A stretch of DNA of 32,000 nucleotides from Nostoc punctiforme PCC 73102. Lineage in GTDB: Bacteria > Cyanobacteriota > Cyanobacteriia > Cyanobacteriales > Nostocaceae. A model generated the notes under the pieces. That model was given only the letters and a program-made list of their open reading frames with translations, was not told the DNA's origin and ran no database searches. The stretch is from positions 3,810,001-3,842,000 of the forward strand of contig NC_010628.1 of assembly GCF_000020025.1 (NCBI RefSeq). The letters are read 5' to 3'. Shown here one piece after another: positions 15,357 through 23,284 of this stretch. A program made the translations under genes and the position numbers. The stretch's first letter is position 1; the number at the start of each line of letters is the position of its first letter.

Positions 15357-16241
15357 TTAGCTTTTTCTCTTATGCAACCGCTCATCATTCGTATTAACGT
15401 CTAATTCCTCACGACGAACATTACCTTCGGCTTCAACTGTATCCTGTTCAACTACTTTCTTAATTTTTACTTCCTCACGCAAAACGGCTTCTTTCTGAAT
15501 ATCAGGAGTTTCTTCATAAATATCCATCCGAGTAACTTCTCCTTCACGGAAGTTAGCCTCAGCAGACGATACAGTTCTACCAGCTTCGTTTGGAGTAGTG
15601 CGTTCAATGATTACGCGTTCTTTTTCAACTGGCACAGCAACTCTTGCCGTCTCAGTTTCAACGTGTTTGCCAACAGATACTTCTCCTGTCTTAACACGGG
15701 ATTTATTGGCAACTAAACGTTCTTCGTATAGTTTCAGATTTTGATGATCCTGCTGATTCATACCGTAAAGATTTGGTTCATTTTGATACGTGTATGTATT
15801 GCGATCGCTAGAGGCTGCTGGAGCATCTACAGGTATCGATGTCTCCACAGGTGTTGAGGTACTTAAAGGTGCTTGTCTTACTGGAGTACGATAAACTCCA
15901 CGCACCCGTTCCTCATAATCGTAATCAATATGTTCCAAATCATTAAAATCTGGTAAATTTTCTACTTGCTCCTTTGTCAGCCCAATAGCATACACGCGTC
16001 GATTGTTATAGCTTATTTGAGAACGCCCAATTGGTAACAATACTTGTCTACCAAAAAACCAAAAACCTGTATCAACAACTAAATAGCGGAAATGTCCCGA
16101 ATTATCCACCAAGATGTGTTTGACAGTCCCAACTTTATCGTCATTTATGTCTGAATAAACATCGAAATCTCTAATTTCATAATCCTTAAAATCTGCATCA
16201 TCATAGTTACCAGCAAAATCTTCGAGTTTATATAAAGGCAT
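15357..16241 (-). CDS. PRC-barrel plus DUF2382 (YsnF/AvaK-like) stress protein
   Basis: The N-terminal PRC barrel shows VGTVKHILVDNSGHFRYLVVDTG...VLLPIG. The C-terminal DUF2382 repeats show LYEERLVANKSRVKTGEVSVGKHVETE and VPVEKERVIIER. A GGAGG SD box is at 16251-16255 (reverse strand). Confidence 0.85.
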   Translation of the reverse strand: MPLYKLEDFAGNYDDADFKDYEIRDFDVYSDINDDKVGTVKHILVDNSGHFRYLVVDTGFWFFGRQVLLPIGRSQISYNNRRVYAIGLTKEQVENLPDFNDLEHIDYDYEERVRGVYRTPVRQAPLSTSTPVETSIPVDAPAASSDRNTYTYQNEPNLYGMNQQDHQNLKLYEERLVANKSRVKTGEVSVGKHVETETARVAVPVEKERVIIERTTPNEAGRTVSSAEANFREGEVTRMDIYEETPDIQKEAVLREEVKIKKVVEQDTVEAEGNVRREELDVNTNDERLHKRKS

Positions 16242-16465
16242 ATTCTTTTTCCTCCAATCTCTATATTTACAATTGTAAAGATATAATTTTTTACTCCTTC
16301 TTTCTCAAGAAATATATTAATGTTTAAAAAATCATTACTGTGGAGTTAATAGCTTAAACAAATTAGCGTCAATCAAACCCAAACTAAACCTCTGCATAAG
16401 ATTATAAAAGCTTATAACTAAGTTATTAAACCTTAAATCAGCAAAAGTCTTGGATGAATTCGCAG

Positions 16466-17380
16466 TTATTGAGCATTTTCTTTGTTGACAGAAGTACGAA
16501 CAATATACTGATTTGCAGGTAAATTAATAGCAATTGGTTTTATCTTTCCTTGGGAAACTAAAGTTTGATAAACTAAAGCTGTAATCTCTCCTCTAGTTGC
16601 AGGTTTACTTGGATTAAGAACTTTAGGTTTTGGATAGTTGACCACTATATTTGCTTTAGTTGCTGCTGCTACATCTCCAACTGCATATTGCGGAATATTA
16701 TTGGCATCTGCGTAAGTGTTAGTAATAATAAATGACGCAGGACGGTTAAGATTTACAGCATTAGCTGCTAGGGCTGGGGCTTTTGATATCAATAAAGGCT
16801 GCATTAAAGTAGTAAAAGCGAGCGGCATTAAAATACGTCTTTTTACAGCTTTTTGTGCAGTTTTTTGAGGAACTACTCTCTGCATGACTGTGGGTAGACT
16901 AACTGCTGATGTATCAGTAGTTAGATTCAGACCTTTGTTTAAAGCAACTATAGCCTCAACCTTAGAAACTGATTGATTGGGACGAAAGTAACCACCAGGA
17001 TAACCCGTCATAAATCCTTGTTGATATGCTTCTTCAATGGGACGAGTAGCCCAATAGTTAGTAGGAACATCTTTATATACAGCACCACTTTGTATCTGGC
17101 GAGTTGGTGGTTGGTCAAAAGCTTTACGAATAATTGCTGCAAACTCATCTCGGTCTACTGGCTGTTCTGGCCGAAATGTACCATCAGGATATCCAGTGAC
17201 AATATTTCTTGCAGCCAAACCTTGAATAAATGGCTGTGCCCAGTAATTAGATTGAACATCACTAAAGGTAGTTGTAGGGGAAGATTGAGCAGATGTTTCT
17301 AATGTTCCAACTGCAAGTACTGTTAAATTTAAGGTTAGTAAAGATACACCTGCTGAAACGAACTTAGTTAACTGTGTCAT
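16466..17380 (-). CDS. Secreted protein with three S-layer homology (SLH) domains
   Basis: A signal peptide is followed by SLH repeats: FSDVQSNYWAQPFIQGLAARNIVTGYPDGTFRP, YKDVPTNYWATRPIEEAYQQGFMTGYPGGYFRP, and a third degenerate repeat. I prefer the ATG at 17380 (G-rich SD box upstream) over the track's TTG at 17404. Confidence 0.85.
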   Translation of the reverse strand: MTQLTKFVSAGVSLLTLNLTVLAVGTLETSAQSSPTTTFSDVQSNYWAQPFIQGLAARNIVTGYPDGTFRPEQPVDRDEFAAIIRKAFDQPPTRQIQSGAVYKDVPTNYWATRPIEEAYQQGFMTGYPGGYFRPNQSVSKVEAIVALNKGLNLTTDTSAVSLPTVMQRVVPQKTAQKAVKRRILMPLAFTTLMQPLLISKAPALAANAVNLNRPASFIITNTYADANNIPQYAVGDVAAATKANIVVNYPKPKVLNPSKPATRGEITALVYQTLVSQGKIKPIAINLPANQYIVRTSVNKENAQ

Positions 17381-17590
17381 AATCCATGCCCCCTGTTTTT
17401 TCAATTATTCATTATTTCTAATACTTCAATAGTGATTAACAAATAGTGGAGATTTAGTGGAGAAATTTCTCCCAAAACTTGAAATACTACTAAAGACTGA
17501 CTATGCTTATTACTTTAGATATAGATAACGCAAAAATGAAAATATCAAAAACGTCAATGTTTTAGTGACGGCTTATGTTAATAGAAGAAT

Positions 17591-17739
17591 TTTATAGCAA
17601 TCTTATTTGAGTTGTGAAAAATATAGATTAGGAAACGAACCGCATAGACGCAAAGCGGCCTTCCCGCAGTGTAGGACGCAAAGAAAAGAAAGAAGAAAGA
17701 GAGATATAATTTTCACGAATTATTTAGGACTGCTATAAA
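17591..17739. mobile_element. MITE-like repeat (149 bp) with imperfect TIRs of about 35 bp
   Basis: The left end TTTATAGCAATCTTATTTGAGTTGTGAAAAATATA matches the reverse complement of the right end TTTATAGCAGTCCTAAATAATTCGTGAAAATTATA at 27/35. The core AACGAACCGC...purine-rich GAAAGAAGAAAGAGAG resembles the core of the MITE at 12439. No clear TSD was found. Confidence 0.5.
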
Positions 17740-18025
17740 TCTAAGTAATAAAATCTAAAGCTTGCTTTTGAGAATAAAAATATAGCAGAGTTCTCCACGG
17801 CTTTTCCACTATTTAGATTTAATCTAAGTCTCAAACGATAAATTAATGAAATTTTCTTTATATAACTTTTTTGCTACCTTAACTATCAGTTATTTTACTA
17901 TGTACACATTTTACGTACAAAAACTAAGTGTTAATTGAATATGAGATACATCTTTCAAAAAATCTTTCTTTGGATAGTAGAGTTATTGTCTGAAAACGCA
18001 AGATGGTTAGCGGTAGGAGGGTAGA

Positions 18026-19309
18026 ATGCGTCAACTCATTATCCAAGTACCACGGGGAAATGGAAAAGCTGTTATCGATATTGCCAAATCTCATAACGGT
18101 ACAAATCTAGCTCGATTTGAAGGAAATGGAGAAGAACCGATTGATGTGGTGATTGTTCACGTTTCTAATCGAGAAGTTGGCAAAGTTCTGGACAAGTTGC
18201 AAGACTTGCCCAAAGTACAAATTACGCTCATACCAACTGGTGTGATGACTCTGCAACCCCCTGCATCGGAAGCACCGCAACAAGTTGTAGATGTGGAAGA
18301 ACGCAGTCCGATTGAGATTTTTCTTTCTGGTTTGCAAAGTGTTGGCTCTTGGCGAGGCTTTCTTGGTTATGCAGCACTCGCAGGCTTTGTTGTCTGGATT
18401 GGCTTGTATATCAATACAGCTTATTTGCTGGTGGCGGCAATGCTGATTGCACCATTTGCAGGCCCAGCGATGAATACAGCGATCGCTACTGCATGGGGCG
18501 ATCGCAAACTCTTAGGACGGAGTATTTTACGATATTTTGCTGCTTTAGCAGTCACAATTGCAACTACTTGGTTACTTAGCCTGATATTACGGCAAGAAAT
18601 TCCCACTAGTTTAATGGTAGAAAGTAGCCAAGTTTCAGCAGTCGCAGTGATTTTACCATTGGCAGGCGGAGCAGCAGGAGCGCTCAATTTGGTGCAGTCA
18701 GAACGGAGTAGTTTAGTATCTGGGGCAGCAACCGGAATGCTAGTTGCCGCTTCCTTAGCTCCACCTGCGGGAATTGTCGGTATGGCAAGTGCAGTCGGTA
18801 GGTGGGACATGGCAATTTCGGGACTGTTCTTACTGTTTTTGCAACTATGCGGCATCAACTTTTCAGCATCCCTTTTGTTCCGAATATTTGGGCTGTCTGC
18901 TTAAGGAACTCGCTATCAGCGTGGTAAAAAACGGGTATTCGGTATTGCTTTAGTGATAACTGTCATCGCATTGACAGGTTTGCTAACTTGGCAGTTTTCT
19001 CATTCTCCCAATTTACAACGCTCTAGCCTTGCCCAACGTGCCAACGCCCAAGTTCAAAAAACTGTAGAGCAAGTTGGTTTAGCAAAATTAGTCGAGTCGA
19101 ATGTCCGCTTTACACGATCCAATATTCAAGGTCAGGATACCCTACTATCTGTTGTTTATGTGCAGCGCCAACCGGGAGTTACAGCATCTAGTGAAGAAAT
19201 ACGCGATCGCCTCACCCAATTAATTCAAACCCAATTATTGAAACAGGACTTAAATGTGACACCTCTAGTTGATGTCAACGTGCTAGAAACACCTGCTAGT
19301 AAACAATAA
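18026..19309 (+). pseudogene. DUF389 family membrane protein interrupted by one in-frame TAA (18902-18904)
   Basis: The DUF389-like motif MLIAPFAGPAMNTAIA is present. The track ORFs 18026-18904 and 18953-19309 are in the same frame. Read-through gives ...RIFGLSA*GTRYQRGKKRVFGIALVITVIALTG..., which includes a further TM helix. Confidence 0.75.
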
Positions 19310-19373
19310 GCCCAATTCTCTAAAATACAGCAACAGATTCAAACCTAAAAATCTAATCAAATATGGAGATTTT

Positions 19374-19406
19374 AATTACGAATTACGAATTACGAATTAC
19401 GAATTA
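19374..19406. repeat. Heptamer tandem repeat (AATTACG) x 4.7
   Basis: Copies of AATTACG start at 19374, 19381, 19388 and 19395, with a partial copy at 19402. The array ends 5 nt before the ATG at 19412. Confidence 0.9.
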
Positions 19407-19411
19407 ATACT

Positions 19412-20227
19412 ATGAGTAGTTCAAAGTTTTCAGAAAAACAAGCCCTAGAAAAAGAACGTAATGAAGTCTTACAACAGTTGGAAGATTGGCTAGAAATTCC
19501 AATGCTGGTGCTGGGCTTTGTATGGCTAGCACTATTCATCATCGAGATCATCTGGGGGCTAAATCCTTTACTGGAAGCCTTTAGCATCACTATTTGGATT
19601 ATTTTTATATTAGATTTTTTACTTAAATTAGCGATCGCTCCTTATAAATTTTCTTATATCAAAAGCAATTGGCTAACAGCTATTTCTCTACTATTGCCAG
19701 CCCTGCGTACTTTTCGGGTTATCCGAGTTATACGGATACTACGAACAGCGCGGGCTGTGCGAGGGCTACAGTTGTTGCGAGTTATTACTCGTACTAACAG
19801 AGGAATGCGGGTTTTAGCAGCAAGTATTAGCCGTCGAGGGTTTGGTTATGTTATGGCGCTAACCATGATTGTTACTTTAGTAGGAGCAGCAGGGATGTAT
19901 GCGTTTGAAAATGAAGTTCCTTTAGAATCTGGGCTGCACAATTACGGCAGTGCTTTATGGTGGACAGCAATGCTAATAACAACGATGGGTTCTGACTATT
20001 CGCCCAAAACGCCCGAAGGTCGGGTGCTTTGTTTTTTCTTAGCGTTGTATGCGTTTGCCGTGTTTGGCTACGTTACTGCTACTCTGGCAACGTTTTTTAT
20101 TGGTCGTGATGCCGATGATGATGAAGCAGAACTAGCTGGAGCGAAATCGATTCAAGCACTTCAGGCAGAAATTACAGCTTTACGGGGAGAAATTCAAGAA
20201 TTATTGCATCAGAATTTAAAACGTTGA
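19412..20227 (+). CDS. Voltage-sensor-containing cation channel (Ion_trans family) with a non-canonical pore
   Basis: The S4 segment has Arg at every third residue (RTFRVIRVIRILRTARAVRGLQLLRV). The pore region is LWWTAMLITTMGSDYSPKTPEGR. A C-terminal coiled coil is present. Confidence 0.85.
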   Translation: MSSSKFSEKQALEKERNEVLQQLEDWLEIPMLVLGFVWLALFIIEIIWGLNPLLEAFSITIWIIFILDFLLKLAIAPYKFSYIKSNWLTAISLLLPALRTFRVIRVIRILRTARAVRGLQLLRVITRTNRGMRVLAASISRRGFGYVMALTMIVTLVGAAGMYAFENEVPLESGLHNYGSALWWTAMLITTMGSDYSPKTPEGRVLCFFLALYAFAVFGYVTATLATFFIGRDADDDEAELAGAKSIQALQAEITALRGEIQELLHQNLKR

Positions 20228-20259
20228 CATTAGAACAAATTAACTAGTGAGGAAACTTC

Positions 20260-21267
20260 ATGAATGCAGAAATCTCGGCAGCTTGGGATAAGGTTCAAAG
20301 CATGATTAACGGATTTATGGCTTTGTTACCGAATATTGCCTTAGCGTTAATTGTCTTTATAATTTTTTTGTTTGTCGCCAGCAGAATTAAGGTATTTGTC
20401 AAGCGATTAACTCGCAATCGCCGCTCTGCCCGGAATTTAGGATTAGTACTAGGAAGATTAGCGCAAGGGTTGACAATTTTGATTGGGTTGTTTATCGCCC
20501 TTTCCATAGTAATTCCCTCATTTAAAGCAGGTGATTTAGTACAACTATTGGGAATTAGCGGTGTTGCAATTGGTTTTGCCTTCCGTGATATTTTGCAAAA
20601 CTTCTTAGCTGGGATTTTAATTCTGTTAACTGAGCCGTTCCAAATCGACGATCAAATTGTTTTTAAAGGATTTGAGGGAACAGTTGAAAATATCCAAACA
20701 AGAGCCACTACAATCAGAACTTACGATGGTCGGCGGATTGTCATTCCGAACTCGGAATTATTTACTAATTCGGTAACTGTAAACACTGCCTTTGATAACC
20801 GACGATTAGAGTATGATGTCGGCATTGGCTACAACGATGATATTGACCGTGCCAAGCAGTTAATGCTAGACGCAATGCATAGTGTAAATGAAGTTTTAAA
20901 AGACCCAGCTCCTGATGTACTAGTAATGGAACTTGCCGAAAGCACTGTTAACATCCGTGTGCGTTGGTGGGTTCATCCACCACGACGCGCAGATAATCTT
21001 ATTTCGCGGGATAAAGTGATTATTGCAATCAAGAAAACGCTTGTTGCAAACGGCATTGATTTGCCCTTCCCAACTCAACAAATTTTGTTCCACGACCAGA
21101 CCGAAGAGACAGATGGAAACCGTTCCCGTCAGCGTGAAGGTTGGCCTGCGGGTAAAGGTGAAGTACCGAAGCCTCGCCGCATTAGCGATTCACTCAGGTT
21201 ACTTGCTCAAGTGCGCTCCTCAGAAGATAACAACGGTAAAGTAGATTCTCAAATCAACGAACAATGA
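20260..21267 (+). CDS. MscS-family mechanosensitive channel
   Basis: The TM3/beta-domain signature is GVAIGFAFRDILQNFLAGILILLTEPFQIDDQIVFKGFEGTVENIQTRATTIRTYDGRRIVIPNSELFT. Confidence 0.92.
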   Translation: MNAEISAAWDKVQSMINGFMALLPNIALALIVFIIFLFVASRIKVFVKRLTRNRRSARNLGLVLGRLAQGLTILIGLFIALSIVIPSFKAGDLVQLLGISGVAIGFAFRDILQNFLAGILILLTEPFQIDDQIVFKGFEGTVENIQTRATTIRTYDGRRIVIPNSELFTNSVTVNTAFDNRRLEYDVGIGYNDDIDRAKQLMLDAMHSVNEVLKDPAPDVLVMELAESTVNIRVRWWVHPPRRADNLISRDKVIIAIKKTLVANGIDLPFPTQQILFHDQTEETDGNRSRQREGWPAGKGEVPKPRRISDSLRLLAQVRSSEDNNGKVDSQINEQ

Positions 21268-22613
21268 AAAATGTCAAGATAAGCAAACTGTGGGATCAGC
21301 TCCACTCAAGTTACTGGTTCATACCGGCGGTTATGGCGGTGGTAGCTACTGCTTTGGCTTTCACAATGCTTAATCTTGACCGTACAGGCAAGATAGACAT
21401 TGATTATTGGTGGATTTATACAGGTGGAGCAGATGGGGCGCGATCACTGTTAGGATCGGTTGCAGGTTCGATGATTAGCGTTGCTGCTACAGCCTTTTCA
21501 ATTACAATTGTGGCGCTTCAGTTGGCTGCTTCCAATTTCGGGCCGCGACTACTGCGTAATTTTATGCAGGATACAGGTAATCAAATTGTACTAGGCACAT
21601 TTATTGGTACGTTCATCTACTGCTTGTTCGTACTGCGGACAATTCATGGAGAAGGAGATGGATACGAACAGTATGTGCCACAACTTTCGGTTACAGTCGG
21701 CACTTTACTCGCAATTATTAGCATTAGTGTTTTGATTTATTTTATCCATCATGCTTCAACCATAATTCAGGCATCTCACGTAATCCAAAATGTTAGTGAG
21801 GATTTACATTCAGCAATTGATCGGTTATTTCCAGAAAGAATTGGGCGTGGTGAACCAGAAGATAGACAAGGAATTGAAGAAATTCCTATGTCCTTTGAGA
21901 AAGAGTCTTTACCGATTCGAGCTAATGGCACTGGTTATTTACAAGCAATTGATAATAGGGAATTGATGGAAATTGCTTGTAAACATAATTTGCTAATACG
22001 CCTTCAGGTTAGACCAGGAAAATTTATAATTCAAGGTGGCAATTTAGCCTTGGTTTTTCCTGGAAAAAAAGTAAATAAAAAACTTACCAAACACATTAAT
22101 GATGCTTTTATTTTGGGCAAAGAACGTACAGAACAACAGGATATAGAGTTTCCAATCGATCAATTAGTAGAAATTGCTCTGCGTGCCATTTCCCCTGGAA
22201 TAAACGATCCATTTACTGCAATTCGCTGTATTGACCGAATTAGCGCAGGGCTGTGCCACTTAGTTCAAAAAGATTTCCCTTCGCCCTACCGCTACGATAA
22301 AAATAACAAATTGCGCTTCATTGCTGAAGGAGTCGATTTTCGAGGATTGGTTGATCGTGCTTTTAACCAAATTCGGCAGTATGGAAAGTCGGATGCAGGA
22401 GTAACTATTCGTTTGTTAGAAGCTATAGCTACTATTGCCACCTACACCAATAATTCTAAATATCAAGCAAGCCTACGCCATCATGCTGACATGATTTTAC
22501 AAGATAGCCGTGAAGGACTCTCACAAGAACAAGACCGCAAAGATGTAGAAGAGAGTTATTATCAGGTCATTAAAAATTTAAATAATGATAACAATAATAA
22601 AGATTGGAATTAG
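21264..22613 (+). CDS. DUF2254 family membrane protein
   Basis: Its start overlaps the MscS stop (ATGA at 21264-21267). The N-terminus is LWDQLHSSYWFIPAVMAV..., followed by 4 TM helices and a large soluble C-terminal domain, as in DUF2254. Confidence 0.78.
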   Translation: MKNVKISKLWDQLHSSYWFIPAVMAVVATALAFTMLNLDRTGKIDIDYWWIYTGGADGARSLLGSVAGSMISVAATAFSITIVALQLAASNFGPRLLRNFMQDTGNQIVLGTFIGTFIYCLFVLRTIHGEGDGYEQYVPQLSVTVGTLLAIISISVLIYFIHHASTIIQASHVIQNVSEDLHSAIDRLFPERIGRGEPEDRQGIEEIPMSFEKESLPIRANGTGYLQAIDNRELMEIACKHNLLIRLQVRPGKFIIQGGNLALVFPGKKVNKKLTKHINDAFILGKERTEQQDIEFPIDQLVEIALRAISPGINDPFTAIRCIDRISAGLCHLVQKDFPSPYRYDKNNKLRFIAEGVDFRGLVDRAFNQIRQYGKSDAGVTIRLLEAIATIATYTNNSKYQASLRHHADMILQDSREGLSQEQDRKDVEESYYQVIKNLNNDNNNKDWN

Positions 22614-22657
22614 CCAGAAAAAGGACGTTTTAAATTAATATTTTTGAGTTAGTAATT

Positions 22658-23257
22658 ATGAGAAGTCTGAATTGGAAAGGTTATCGAACTATCGCATGGA
22701 TAGGACAGGCTGTACTAACAATTTTTGTCATAGCCGCAGCAGTTCAAGGTAAATGGTCAAATGCTTTGGGTCTTGCAGTATTTCTTATTGTATCCTTTAT
22801 ATTTGTCATCCGAGATGATAAATTACCCACCTTGTTTGATTTTTTGTTTGTCTTGGCTGCATTGCTAAATGCTACTGGTTGGGTATGGAATTTATTTGGT
22901 ATGCCAGGCCCCTATGACGAGATTGTTCATGCTTATACGACTTCTGCAATTACCCTAGCACTTAGTTTTTTAGTCTATGGTTCAATGTTGAATATATTTC
23001 GGAATCATACACTTTTGTATTTAGTGACAATTACTAGTTTTGGGATTGCTGTTGGTGCTTTGTGGGAAGTTATAGAATGGTCTGCTGGTAAGATTCTTAA
23101 TACTCAAGTAATTGAAAGCTTGGATGACACCATTATTGATTTAGTTATGGACTCTCTGGGGGCTGGATTGGCAGCTTTTATTAGTCTTTGGGCGTTGCGA
23201 GATTGGACAAGTCGTAATGTAAAGGTAAATCATTCGCCAACTGAGACATCCGTTTAA
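22658..23257 (+). CDS. Integral membrane protein, possibly DUF2238/YjdF-like
   Basis: 199 aa with 5-6 TM helices. The motifs PYDEIVHAYTT, LWEVIEWSAG and DDTIIDLVMDSLGAG are reminiscent of YjdF-type proteins. The family call comes from memory only. Confidence 0.55.
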   Translation: MRSLNWKGYRTIAWIGQAVLTIFVIAAAVQGKWSNALGLAVFLIVSFIFVIRDDKLPTLFDFLFVLAALLNATGWVWNLFGMPGPYDEIVHAYTTSAITLALSFLVYGSMLNIFRNHTLLYLVTITSFGIAVGALWEVIEWSAGKILNTQVIESLDDTIIDLVMDSLGAGLAAFISLWALRDWTSRNVKVNHSPTETSV

Positions 23258-23284
23258 AACACTTAATCTTCAATACTTACGAAT

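Noticed and set aside
17902-17918. Possible NtcA site (GTA...TAC) upstream of the DUF389 gene
   Set aside because: The spacing is GTA-N7-TAC (17902-17914) or GTA-N11-TAC, not the required GTA-N8-TAC.
19374-19406. CRISPR array or other long spaced repeats (also considered for 31896-31937)
   Set aside because: These are contiguous 7-bp tandem units without spacers. No 25-40-bp repeat/spacer periodicity occurs anywhere in the window, and there are no cas genes.
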